DNA of 64,000 nucleotides from a virus (lineage: Duplodnaviria > Caudoviricetes), in IMG/VR virus record IMGVR_UViG_3300047551_002158. One strand, written 5' to 3'. Shown piece by piece: positions 10,393 through 20,583 of this stretch. The notes beneath the pieces were generated by a model. That model ran no database searches and was not told where the DNA came from. It saw nothing but the letters and a program-made list of their open reading frames with translations. Each line of letters opens with the position of its first letter. Within the stretch, counting starts at the first letter, position 1. Both the position numbers and the translations under genes were made by a program.

Positions 10393-13300
10393 ATGTCCCA
10401 AGTAACTAATTTAAACGTATCTCCTTATTTTGATGATTTTGATGCAAACAATGACTATTATAAAATTCTTTTCAAACCAGGATACCCAGTTCAAGCAAGA
10501 GAGTTAACCTCTTTACAATCAATATTACAAAATCAAATAGAAAAATTTGGTCAGCATTTCTTTAAGGAAGGTGCAAAAGTTATTCCTGGAAATACTTCTT
10601 ACACTCAATTTTACTATGGTGTTCAAATTCAAAATAATTATCTAGGTGTCCCTGTAGCTGCATATGCAGATCAACTTGTTGGAACTAAAATTACCGGACA
10701 AACTTCCGGAGTAACTGCAATAGTTGATAAAATTCTTTTACCTCAAGATTCTGAAAGAGGAAATCTCACTCTCTATGTAAATTATATTGGATCAAGTACG
10801 CAGAATAATTCAACAAGTCAATTTTTAGATGGCGAGTCACTAATAACAAATATTAACATCACTTCAGGTCTTTTAGGAAACTCTTTAATTAATGCCGGTC
10901 AACCATTTGCAATAACTTTAGCGACAGGATCCGCTATTGTTGGATCATCTTTTTCTATAGCAGATGGTGTATATTTTATTAGAGGAACTTTTGTAAACGT
11001 AAATACAGAGACTTTAATTCTTGATCAATATTCTAATCAATCAAATTATAGAGTTGGTCTTTTTGTAAACGAGGAAATCATAAACTCTGACATTGATGAG
11101 TCTTTAAATGATAATTCACAAGGTTTTAATAATTATGCTGCTCCAGGTGCAGACAGGTTAAAAATTAGTGTTTCATTATTTAAAAAAAGTTTAGATGACT
11201 TTAATGATAATAATTTTGTAGAACTGGCAACTATAAAAGAGGGTGTATTAAGAAGTCAAGTTACAAACACTGAGTACAATATATTATCAGATGAACTAGC
11301 TAGAAGAACCTATGCCGAATCTGGAGATTATTATGTAACTCCTTTTGATGTCTCAGTAAAAGAGTCTTTAAATGATAATTTGGGGAACAGAGGAATTTTT
11401 AATTCGAATCAATTTACTTATGGTGGATCTATACCTTCAGAAAATTTAGCTGTTTATCAAATATCTCCAGGAAAAGCTTTTGTAAGGGGATATGAGGTAG
11501 AAACTATAAGTCCAACGTTCTTAGATGTAAGGAAACCTAGATCTACAAAGACTTTAGAAAATCAATCAATTACTTATACTACAGGTCCAACACTAACTTT
11601 AAATACAGTTTATGGAACTCCATTAGTTGGATTGGGGAATACCTATGTGCTGAGTCTTCGCAATGAAAGGGTCGGAAATTCACCAATAACATCTCCAGGA
11701 AAAGAAATTGGTTTAGCTAGAGTTTATGATTTTAGGTTAGAATCCGGTTCTTATGAAAATTCCAATACAGATATAAATGAGTGGAATATTTCTCTTTATG
11801 ATATTCAATTATTTACAGAAATTACTTTAAACGAAAATATTACTCTAAATACTCCAACTTATGTTCAGGGGAAAAGTAGCGGAGCTAGTGCTTTCTTAAA
11901 AAGTTCCATTTCTGATCAAAAAATCATAACCTTATATGATGTAAAAGGAACATTTATAAACAATGAATCATTTATATTTGACGGCATAGAGTCTGGATAT
12001 GTAGCAACCGCAGTAACTTCATATTCAATTTCTGAGGTAAAATCGGTCTTCAATAATGTTGGATCTGGAATTACATTTTCCGCAAATACTTTACAATCGC
12101 CCAAAATTGAATTTGGCGTATCTAGCATTTCTCCAGTCTCGGCAAGTGGAATTAGCACAGTAACTTGCTCTGATGTTAATTTTCCTGGAAATTTTGTTAA
12201 GTCAAATGATTTGGTAGAATATACAGATACTTCTCTTTCGTCTCCAGTTTATGCCAAGGTCGTAAATGTTGGAGTAAGTTCAATTACAATAACGGGAGTT
12301 TCTACTGTATCTGGAATAGTAGAAGGCAAATTACCAAATAGCACTCTTGAAGTAAGTGATTTTAAAATCATAACTACAGACTTATCTTCATCCATAGATG
12401 ATGGTTTATACACTATTTTACCAAAAAATAATATCTCTTCAGTTGATTTAGCAAATGCAAATTTAATAATTAAAAAATCATTCACTGTTAATATAGCATC
12501 TAATCAATTATCAGTTCCAGTGGAAGCAGGAAGCAATGAGACATTCTTACCTTTTGATGAAGAAAGATATTCTTTAATTAGAACTGATGGATCTACTGAG
12601 GTTTTAAGTTCAGATAAATTTGAATTTATATCTGGAGGATCTCAACTTCAAATTTATAACTTAGGATCAAATGATACCGGTGCTATCTTAATAACGACTT
12701 TAAGGAAAATAAAACCAAAAGAAAAGGTAAAAAGAAAAAATAGAGTTAACAGTATTATTATAGACAAATCAAAGTATGAAGGGTCTGGAGTGGGACAGAC
12801 TACTTTCAATGATGGGTTAACTTATGGTAATTATCCATACGGAACAAGGGTTCAGGATAAAAACATTTCATTAAATGTTTCGGATATCATAGAAGTTCAT
12901 GGAATTTATGAGTCAGTAAACACTTCAAATCCATCTGCTCCATTAATGATTCTCTCTTCAATTAATGGACCAACAAATACAACATCGGATTTGGTTATTG
13001 GAGAAGAAATTTTTGGTCAGTCAGGAAATGCAGTGGCAATTGTTGCCGAAAAAATAACTGACAGTCAAATAGCTTTTATATACAAAAATCAAAATATCTT
13101 TAAAGAAGGGGAAACTTTAACATTTAGAGAATCAAATATTCAAGCAGTTATTGTAAGTTTAAGTACACCAAGTTTCGACATTTCTTCAAATTATAGTTTC
13201 TTAACTGGACAATCAGAAACATATTATGACTATGGTTCTATAGCAAGAAAGAATACTGCAGAAGAACCAAACAAAAAAATAAAAGTATATTTTTCAAATG

Positions 13301-16300
13301 GTTTTTATGATTCTTCCGATGATGGAGACATTACTACTATAAACTCATACACTGGATTTGATTATGAAAATGATATAAAAGACATCAATGGGGTTAGAAA
13401 TTCTGATATTATTGATATAAGACCAAGAGTTTCTAATTATACAACTTTATTAAATGCTAGATCTCCGTTTGAATTTTATGGAAGATTATTTAATGCTTCC
13501 GGAAATTCATCCGCAAATGTTCTTGCATCCGATGAATCAATTCTGACAAGTTTTTCTTTCTACTTAGGCAGAATTGATAGGATTTTCCTCAGTAAGGATG
13601 GAAGATTCCAAGTCAAATATGGAACTCCAGCAGAAAATCCAGAAAAGCCTATCTTGGTTGATGATTCTTTAGAAATAGCATCAATTCAATTGCCACCATA
13701 CCTTTATTCAGTCTCTGATGCTTCTATTGAATTTTTAGAGCATAAGAGATATAGAATGTCTGATATAAAGCAACTTGAAAATAGAATTAAGAATCTAGAA
13801 TATTACACTTCACTATCATTACTTGAAGTGAACACCTCAAATCTTTATGTGCCAGATTCTTCTGGATTGAATAGGTTTAAATCTGGATTTTTTGTTGATA
13901 ATTTCACGACATTCCTGCCTCAAGAAACAGATGCTGAAATAAAAAATAGTATTGACATTTCAAACAAGGAATTAAGACCAAAACATTATACAACTTCCAC
14001 TGATTTAATAATTGGTCCAACTCAAGGTGTAGATCCAACAGAAGATTTGCTATTTGCTGTCCCTGAAGGAATTAATATAAGAAAAACTGGAGATGTAATT
14101 ACTCTTGATTACTCGGAAGTTGAATGGTTAAACCAACCATTTGGAACTAGAACTGAGAGTGTAACTCCATTTTTAATTAATTTCTGGAAAGGAACTTTAG
14201 AACTTACTCCGGCATCAGATACTTGGGTAGATACTGTAAGGATTGAACCAAAAGTAATTGATATTGAAGGAAACTATACAGAAACTTTAATGGATCTTGA
14301 TGCAGATCCTCAAACAGGATTTGCACCGGTAGTTTGGGGTTCTTGGGTTGATAATTGGACGGGTAAAGAAGTAACATCAGATACAACTACAACCACAAAA
14401 AGAAGAACTAAAAAACCCATCAATAATCGTAACCGCCCCTGGTGGATATATAGAGATTCTATTTTTAGAAGACTTAGAAGAGGTGGAAAGAGAAGGAAAA
14501 AAGTAAGTGAAAATACAACTATACAAATTAAGGAAACCGGCGTATCTACAAGAACTGGAACTAGAAGTATTGTAAGTGAGCAATTTGATAAAACTTCTGC
14601 TGGTGATAGAACAATTAGTAGAGATCTTGTAACTTTTATGAGATCTAGAAATATTCAATTCATCGCCAAGCAAATAAAACCATCTACAAGAATGTATTCT
14701 TTCTTAGATGGAATTGATGTTACAAAATATTGTGTTCCTAAATTATTAGAAATCAATATGATTTCTGGTGTTTTTGAAGTTGGCGAAATAGTAACGGGTA
14801 CAATTAATCAAACTGGATTGGGTCCAACTTTAAGTAACGAGTCTGCAAGGATTACCTTTAGGGTATCTCAAGTAAATCATAAAGAGGGTCCATATAACGC
14901 TCCAACTAAAGTATTTGGGGAGAATCCTTATACTAATCAAATACTAGAGTCAACATATTCTTCAGTATCAACAATTCTAAATGTTGATACTTTTTCCCTT
15001 GCAAATGAACCACAAGGATCTTACAGTGGATGGGTTGAAAGTGGAATGGTTCTGATTGGAAATACAAGTGGAGCTCAAGCTACAATTACTGATGTGAGAT
15101 TAGTATCTGACTTATCAGCAACTTTAATAGGTAGTTTGTTTATACCAAATCCCAATAGTGATATACATCCTAGATTTGAAACTGGAACAAAGGTATTATC
15201 ATTAATCAATAATAGTATAAATGATGTCAATCTTGCTACAACTTCAGCTGAAGAAAGATTTTCGGCAACAGGAACTGTAGAAACTGTTCAGGAAGAAATT
15301 ATATCAGTTAGAAACGCTAGTATTGATTCTAGTACTGTAACTGAGGAAAAAAATATTTCCAAAACAACAGACATTCAAGTAACTACTACCATAGGTACTC
15401 CACCAAAAAGACGTAGAAGAAATAATAACGGAAATTGTCGTTATAAAGATCCTTTAGCACAATCTTTTATCATTGATGAAGATTCCGGAATCTTCTTGAC
15501 TAGATGTGATGTTTTCTTTAAAACAAAAGATGATGAGATTCCAGTTACAGTTCAATTAAGATCCATGGAAACTGGATTCCCTTCAGAGGTTGTTATTCCA
15601 TTTTCAGAGGTTATATTAAATCCAGATGATATTAGAGTTTCGGAAGATGGTTCAATACCAACTTCTATAACTTTCAAATCTCCAGTTTATCTTGAAGGCG
15701 GAAAAGAGTATTGTATTTGTTTATTATCCAATTCTACAAATTATAGTGTTTATATATCCAGAGTTGGTGAAAGTGATCTTATAACGCAAGCATTTGTATC
15801 CAATCAACCAACTCTTGGGTCATTATTTAAGTCTCAAAATTCCACAACTTGGGAGCCAAGTCAATGGGAAGATTTGAAATTTATACTTTATAGGGCAGAT
15901 TTCTTAGAATCTGGGACAATTGAAATTTACAACCCCGAACTATCTGAAGGAAATAGGCAGATTGCAAAATTAATGCCAGATTCCTTGAATTTAAATTCAA
16001 GGAAAGTGAGAATTACTTTAGGATCAACCATTAGCGATCCGGACTTGACTTTGGGGAACACAATTTTACAAGATGGAAATAATGCATATGGAAATTATGT
16101 AGGATCTGCTGGAAGTGCTTTTGGTGCATTAAATATAATTAACTCTGGTATAGGATACACACCATCTTCCGGAATTCAAACATATAGTGGAATAAATTTA
16201 AAAACTATTACGGGTAGTGGAAAGGGAGCAGTAGCTACTATTACAATTAATAATGGGGTTGCAGCAGCGGCAACAATAACAAGTGGAGGAAGTGGTTACC

Positions 16301-17868
16301 AGGTTGGGGATGTTTTGGGAATTACTAGTATTGGATCGATAAATGTAGGTAGAAATGCTAGATTCTCATTAACAACACTATCAAACAAAAATCAAATTAT
16401 AGTAGATAACGTCCAAGGTAATTTTGAAGCAGGCGTTGGCAAAACTATCAAATTTGTCAATAATTTAGGTATAACTACATACTTAAATGCATCTTTAGTA
16501 ATAGCGAATGAAATTATTGTTGAAAATGACGGATTACATATTAGAATTGACCATAAAAATCACGGAATGTATTCCAGTGACAATTTGGTTAAAATCTATA
16601 ATGTAGAATCCGATATCAAACCAACAAAACTTACTACATCCCTACAATCAAATTCTACCGGATCTATCTTAGTTGACGATTCTTCTTCTTTCTCTACTTT
16701 TGAAAATGTTGGGGTTGGAACGACAAATCCTGGTTATTTATTGATTGGTGATGAAATAATAGAATATACATCAGTGTCCTCAGGAACGATAGGTGGTAAT
16801 ATTGTTAGAGGAACAAATCCACAGACATATCCAGTGGGAACAAAAGTATTTAAGTATGAACTAAATGGAATTTCTTTAAGGAGAATTAATAAAACACACG
16901 ATTTAAATGATGTGTCTATTGAAAATCCAATTGATTATGATTCGTATCATATAAAAATAGATACTTCTAATAATGGAATTGATAGAACGGTTGGAACAAG
17001 TTTCCCTGTTCTTTATCCAAATCAAACAAAGTCTCTTGGTGGGTATAATATCAATGCTACCCAAAATATACCATTTGAGGTCATAACTCCAATGGTTCAA
17101 AATCTAACAGTAAGAGGAACTACATTAACAGCACAATTAAGAACTATAACTTCATCAAGTATTAGTGGATCCGAAATTCCATTTATTCCAACTGAGTTTG
17201 AATCTGTAACCATTAATTCTCCAAATTATTTAAATTCACCAAGAATGATAGCTTCGAAAGTTAATGAAACTGATAAGCTAAGTACATTAATTGGCAATAA
17301 ATCTATGAATCTTAGATTAACACTAGGAACTGCCGACACAAAACTTTCTCCCGTTATAGATACTCAAAGAATAAGTGCAATTTTAACATCAAACAGAGTA
17401 AACAATGTCATTACAGATTATGCAAATGATTCTAGAGTAAATACAATTGAGGATGATCCATCCGCTTTCCAATATATTTCTAAAGAAATTACTTTGGAAA
17501 ATTCAGCTTCTTCCCTAAAGATAATATTAAATGCAGCAATTAATTTGTACTCTGATATTCGCGCTTTTTATGCCATAGGGGATAATCCAAACTTTGTTCC
17601 TATATTTACTCCATTCCCCGGATATAATAATTTAGATTATAGAGGTCAGGTTATTAATTTTGAAGATAGTAATGGATTGCCAGATACTTTTGTATCTAAA
17701 TCAAACTCTCTTGGATTTAATTCAAATGAAGTTGAATATAAAGAAATTACATTTACTGCTGACCAATTGCCTGCTTTCAGATCATTTAGAATTAAATTAG
17801 TATTTTCTTCCACAAATCAAGTTTATGTTCCAAGAGCAAAAGAACTTCGCGTAATAGCTTTAGCATAA
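10393..17868 (+). CDS. 2491-aa virion structural protein (VrlC/DUF4815-like)
   Basis: N-terminal NLNVSPYFDDFD...YKILFKPGYPVQARELT, RFKSGFFVDNF and DPLAQSF motifs characterise this giant protein family, which follows gp8 in cyanomyoviruses. Confidence 0.75.
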   Translation: MSQVTNLNVSPYFDDFDANNDYYKILFKPGYPVQARELTSLQSILQNQIEKFGQHFFKEGAKVIPGNTSYTQFYYGVQIQNNYLGVPVAAYADQLVGTKITGQTSGVTAIVDKILLPQDSERGNLTLYVNYIGSSTQNNSTSQFLDGESLITNINITSGLLGNSLINAGQPFAITLATGSAIVGSSFSIADGVYFIRGTFVNVNTETLILDQYSNQSNYRVGLFVNEEIINSDIDESLNDNSQGFNNYAAPGADRLKISVSLFKKSLDDFNDNNFVELATIKEGVLRSQVTNTEYNILSDELARRTYAESGDYYVTPFDVSVKESLNDNLGNRGIFNSNQFTYGGSIPSENLAVYQISPGKAFVRGYEVETISPTFLDVRKPRSTKTLENQSITYTTGPTLTLNTVYGTPLVGLGNTYVLSLRNERVGNSPITSPGKEIGLARVYDFRLESGSYENSNTDINEWNISLYDIQLFTEITLNENITLNTPTYVQGKSSGASAFLKSSISDQKIITLYDVKGTFINNESFIFDGIESGYVATAVTSYSISEVKSVFNNVGSGITFSANTLQSPKIEFGVSSISPVSASGISTVTCSDVNFPGNFVKSNDLVEYTDTSLSSPVYAKVVNVGVSSITITGVSTVSGIVEGKLPNSTLEVSDFKIITTDLSSSIDDGLYTILPKNNISSVDLANANLIIKKSFTVNIASNQLSVPVEAGSNETFLPFDEERYSLIRTDGSTEVLSSDKFEFISGGSQLQIYNLGSNDTGAILITTLRKIKPKEKVKRKNRVNSIIIDKSKYEGSGVGQTTFNDGLTYGNYPYGTRVQDKNISLNVSDIIEVHGIYESVNTSNPSAPLMILSSINGPTNTTSDLVIGEEIFGQSGNAVAIVAEKITDSQIAFIYKNQNIFKEGETLTFRESNIQAVIVSLSTPSFDISSNYSFLTGQSETYYDYGSIARKNTAEEPNKKIKVYFSNGFYDSSDDGDITTINSYTGFDYENDIKDINGVRNSDIIDIRPRVSNYTTLLNARSPFEFYGRLFNASGNSSANVLASDESILTSFSFYLGRIDRIFLSKDGRFQVKYGTPAENPEKPILVDDSLEIASIQLPPYLYSVSDASIEFLEHKRYRMSDIKQLENRIKNLEYYTSLSLLEVNTSNLYVPDSSGLNRFKSGFFVDNFTTFLPQETDAEIKNSIDISNKELRPKHYTTSTDLIIGPTQGVDPTEDLLFAVPEGINIRKTGDVITLDYSEVEWLNQPFGTRTESVTPFLINFWKGTLELTPASDTWVDTVRIEPKVIDIEGNYTETLMDLDADPQTGFAPVVWGSWVDNWTGKEVTSDTTTTTKRRTKKPINNRNRPWWIYRDSIFRRLRRGGKRRKKVSENTTIQIKETGVSTRTGTRSIVSEQFDKTSAGDRTISRDLVTFMRSRNIQFIAKQIKPSTRMYSFLDGIDVTKYCVPKLLEINMISGVFEVGEIVTGTINQTGLGPTLSNESARITFRVSQVNHKEGPYNAPTKVFGENPYTNQILESTYSSVSTILNVDTFSLANEPQGSYSGWVESGMVLIGNTSGAQATITDVRLVSDLSATLIGSLFIPNPNSDIHPRFETGTKVLSLINNSINDVNLATTSAEERFSATGTVETVQEEIISVRNASIDSSTVTEEKNISKTTDIQVTTTIGTPPKRRRRNNNGNCRYKDPLAQSFIIDEDSGIFLTRCDVFFKTKDDEIPVTVQLRSMETGFPSEVVIPFSEVILNPDDIRVSEDGSIPTSITFKSPVYLEGGKEYCICLLSNSTNYSVYISRVGESDLITQAFVSNQPTLGSLFKSQNSTTWEPSQWEDLKFILYRADFLESGTIEIYNPELSEGNRQIAKLMPDSLNLNSRKVRITLGSTISDPDLTLGNTILQDGNNAYGNYVGSAGSAFGALNIINSGIGYTPSSGIQTYSGINLKTITGSGKGAVATITINNGVAAAATITSGGSGYQVGDVLGITSIGSINVGRNARFSLTTLSNKNQIIVDNVQGNFEAGVGKTIKFVNNLGITTYLNASLVIANEIIVENDGLHIRIDHKNHGMYSSDNLVKIYNVESDIKPTKLTTSLQSNSTGSILVDDSSSFSTFENVGVGTTNPGYLLIGDEIIEYTSVSSGTIGGNIVRGTNPQTYPVGTKVFKYELNGISLRRINKTHDLNDVSIENPIDYDSYHIKIDTSNNGIDRTVGTSFPVLYPNQTKSLGGYNINATQNIPFEVITPMVQNLTVRGTTLTAQLRTITSSSISGSEIPFIPTEFESVTINSPNYLNSPRMIASKVNETDKLSTLIGNKSMNLRLTLGTADTKLSPVIDTQRISAILTSNRVNNVITDYANDSRVNTIEDDPSAFQYISKEITLENSASSLKIILNAAINLYSDIRAFYAIGDNPNFVPIFTPFPGYNNLDYRGQVINFEDSNGLPDTFVSKSNSLGFNSNEVEYKEITFTADQLPAFRSFRIKLVFSSTNQVYVPRAKELRVIALA

Positions 17869-17869
17869 A

Positions 17870-18097
17870 ATGTCTTATTTAAAGGTAGAAGGATATTCTA
17901 ATCTTCTTAGAGATCCTAAAACAAATTCAATTATCAATAATAATACAACTGAATATCAGCAATATCTTATAAAAAGGGATATTAAAAGTGAGAAGGAACA
18001 AAAAGTGCAAGACTTAGAAAAAGATCTTGCTGCCTTAAAAGAAGACATAAATGAAATTAAATTTTTATTAAGAGGATTAATCAATGAATCCAGATGA
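17870..18097 (+). CDS. Conserved small hypothetical protein with C-terminal coiled coil
   Basis: 75 aa; heptad-like VQDLEKDLAALKEDINEIKFLL; tightly coupled to the upstream gene. Confidence 0.7.
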   Translation: MSYLKVEGYSNLLRDPKTNSIINNNTTEYQQYLIKRDIKSEKEQKVQDLEKDLAALKEDINEIKFLLRGLINESR

Positions 18098-18254
18098 TAT
18101 ACAACTTGAAAATTTAACTAAAAGTTTTGAATACTTTAAAGTTTCCACAGAAATTGATAATTTGACAGATTTAGATCAAATTCGTAACATTGCAAAATGT
18201 TATTATAAGTTATATTTAAAGCAACAAGAAGTTGTCTCCCAACTCAATCTATAA
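18084..18254 (+). CDS. 56-aa protein, NblA-like candidate (not in ORF track)
   Basis: ATG 18084 to TAA 18254: MNPDDIQLENLTKSFEYFKVSTEIDNLTDLDQIRNIAKCYYKLYLKQQEVVSQLNL. It fills the gap before gp13. The ORF is well supported; NblA similarity is by eye only. Confidence 0.6.
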   Translation: MNPDDIQLENLTKSFEYFKVSTEIDNLTDLDQIRNIAKCYYKLYLKQQEVVSQLNL

Positions 18255-18257
18255 ATA
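18250..18257 (+). promoter_or_regulatory. T4-type late promoter TATAAATA upstream of gp13
   Basis: Exact TATAAATA about 20 nt before the gp13 ATG. Confidence 0.75.
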
Positions 18258-18277
18258 TTTTTAAAGAGTAGAAATAA

Positions 18278-19129
18278 ATGGCGCAACCATCTACTAGACA
18301 GGAATTAATAGACTACTGCAAAAGAAAACTGGGGGCGCCAGTTTTGGAGATTAATGTTGCTGATGAGCAAATTGAAGACTTAGTGGATGATGCCGTTCAA
18401 TTCTTCCAAGAAAGACATTTCGACGGAGTATATCCAACTTTTTATAAGTATAAAGTAACCCCAGAAGATATTGATCGCGGGAGAGCAAGGGGTCTAAGTA
18501 CAAATAGCAATGCAGGTATTGTTACTACAACTGTCAATACAAATATAGTAGGAACTGCAGTAACATTTTCATACTTTGAAAATAGTAATTATCTCCAAGT
18601 ACCACCAAATATTATTGGCATAAACAAGATTTTCACTTTTGATGGCGCAAATACAATTACTCATAATATGTTTAGTGTTAAATATCAGTTATTCTTGAAT
18701 GATATTTACTATTGGGGAAGTACAGAACTTTTAAGTTATGCAATGGTTAAAACTTACTTAGAAGATTTGGATTTTCTCCTGAATACACAGAAACAAATTC
18801 GTTTCAATAAAAGGCAAGACAGATTATATTTGGATATTGACTGGGGATCTGTTACTGATAAGCAATATTTTATTATTGACTGCTATTCAACTCTTGATCC
18901 AAATGACTATTCAAGAGTTTGGAATGACTCATTTATAAAACCATATCTAACTTCCCTCATAAAAAAACAATGGGGACAAAATATGATGAAATTTACTGGA
19001 GTTAAATTGCCAGGTGGAGTGGAATTAAATGGAAGGCAAATGTACGATGATGCCCAGAGAGAAATTGATCTCTTAATGGAAAAAATGTCCAGTACTTATG
19101 AACTTCCACCTCTCGATATGATTGGATAA
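18278..19129 (+). CDS. gp13: Neck protein gp13
   Basis: RQELIDYCKRKLGAPVLEINVADEQIEDLVDDA and QWGQNMMKFTGVKLPGGVELNG motifs. Confidence 0.95.
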   Translation: MAQPSTRQELIDYCKRKLGAPVLEINVADEQIEDLVDDAVQFFQERHFDGVYPTFYKYKVTPEDIDRGRARGLSTNSNAGIVTTTVNTNIVGTAVTFSYFENSNYLQVPPNIIGINKIFTFDGANTITHNMFSVKYQLFLNDIYYWGSTELLSYAMVKTYLEDLDFLLNTQKQIRFNKRQDRLYLDIDWGSVTDKQYFIIDCYSTLDPNDYSRVWNDSFIKPYLTSLIKKQWGQNMMKFTGVKLPGGVELNGRQMYDDAQREIDLLMEKMSSTYELPPLDMIG

Positions 19130-19132
19130 GAT

Positions 19133-20539
19133 ATGCTTAATCCATTTTTTCTCCAAGGTTCTAAAACAGAACAAAGTCTAATACAGGATTTAATTAACGA
19201 ACAACTTCGAATGTATGGGGTTGAAGTTTATTATCTACCAAGAAAGTATATTACAGAAAAAACTGTAATAAAAGAATTAATAGAGTCGGAATTCACAAAT
19301 GCATATCCCATCGAGGCATATGTTAATAATTTTGAGGGATATAATGATAATCCCACAATTTTATCTAAATTTGGAATTCAAGCATTGAATGAGATAACAT
19401 TAACTATTTCTAGAGAAAGATTTGAAACTTATATATCCCCACTAATAAATAATCAACCAAATATAAGATTATCAACAAGACCAAAAGAAGGGGATTTAGT
19501 ATATTTTCCTTTAGGTGATCGTTTATTTGAAATTAAATATGTTGAGCACGAAAAACCATTCTACCAATTACAAGGAAATTATACTTACGAATTAAGATGC
19601 GAACTCTTCAGATATGAAGATGAGATCATAGACACTGGAATAGAAGATATTGATGACAATATCAGCGGAAGTCAAGGTGCAGATAAAGTTCCTGTTGGAG
19701 TCATTCAAAAACTTATTATGGTTGGGGTAGGTGTTACCGCAACTGCAGTAACTGGAATTGTAAATGGAGGAATTAGATTTATTACGGTTACAAATCGTGG
19801 TGGTGGATATACCAGCACTCCAACAGTTGGAATTTCATCTTCCCCTTCAAGTGGAGGAACAGCATCTGCTATCGCCAAGATGATTGGTGGTATTGTTGTT
19901 TGCAACGATAATACAAGTCCATCCGCAAAATCAGTACAAAGTGTTGAGATTGTTAACCCCGGGTTTGGTTATACAGCAACTCCTGGAGTAAGATTTATCG
20001 GCGGCGGAGGAAAGGGAGCAACAGCCACTGCAACTATTGGAGACGGTATTATTGGAATAATTACTGTTACTAACTCTGGTTCTGGATATGTAAACCCACC
20101 AACAATCACTTTTAGTGGAATCTCTACAGTTTCTGCTGCAGCAACTGCAGTAGTTTCTGCTGCAGGTTCTATTACCTCTATTCGCATAACAAACGCCGGA
20201 GTTGGATACACTCAACCACCAACTATTACTATCGGAAATCCATCTCTTGTTTCTACTGGAAGTTTTATATTTAATGAAGTAGTAACAGGATCTCAAAGTG
20301 GTGTTACTGCGAGAGTAAGATCTTGGAATTCCACTACTAATATTTTGGAAGTTTCGCAAGTAAATGGAGAATTCATACCTGGAGAAAATATTGTAGGAAC
20401 TGCTTCAAGTGCATCTCACTATTTAAGAAGAATTGATATCTTTTCTGCTAAAGATGGTTTTGCAAATAATGAAGAGATAGAGGTAGAAGCAGATAAGGTT
20501 ATAGACTTTAGTGAAACCAATCCTTTTGGAATGCCATAA
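19133..20539 (+). CDS. gp14: Neck protein gp14 with C-terminal repeat extension
   Basis: MLNPFF...EQSLIQDLINEQLRMYGVEVYYLPR, YELRCELFRY and C-terminal IDFSETNPFG; internal TNxGxGYTxxP repeats. Confidence 0.92.
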   Translation: MLNPFFLQGSKTEQSLIQDLINEQLRMYGVEVYYLPRKYITEKTVIKELIESEFTNAYPIEAYVNNFEGYNDNPTILSKFGIQALNEITLTISRERFETYISPLINNQPNIRLSTRPKEGDLVYFPLGDRLFEIKYVEHEKPFYQLQGNYTYELRCELFRYEDEIIDTGIEDIDDNISGSQGADKVPVGVIQKLIMVGVGVTATAVTGIVNGGIRFITVTNRGGGYTSTPTVGISSSPSSGGTASAIAKMIGGIVVCNDNTSPSAKSVQSVEIVNPGFGYTATPGVRFIGGGGKGATATATIGDGIIGIITVTNSGSGYVNPPTITFSGISTVSAAATAVVSAAGSITSIRITNAGVGYTQPPTITIGNPSLVSTGSFIFNEVVTGSQSGVTARVRSWNSTTNILEVSQVNGEFIPGENIVGTASSASHYLRRIDIFSAKDGFANNEEIEVEADKVIDFSETNPFGMP

Positions 20540-20583
20540 ATATAACTTATTATGATTAAATTATCATAAAGGGAAGATAAAAA

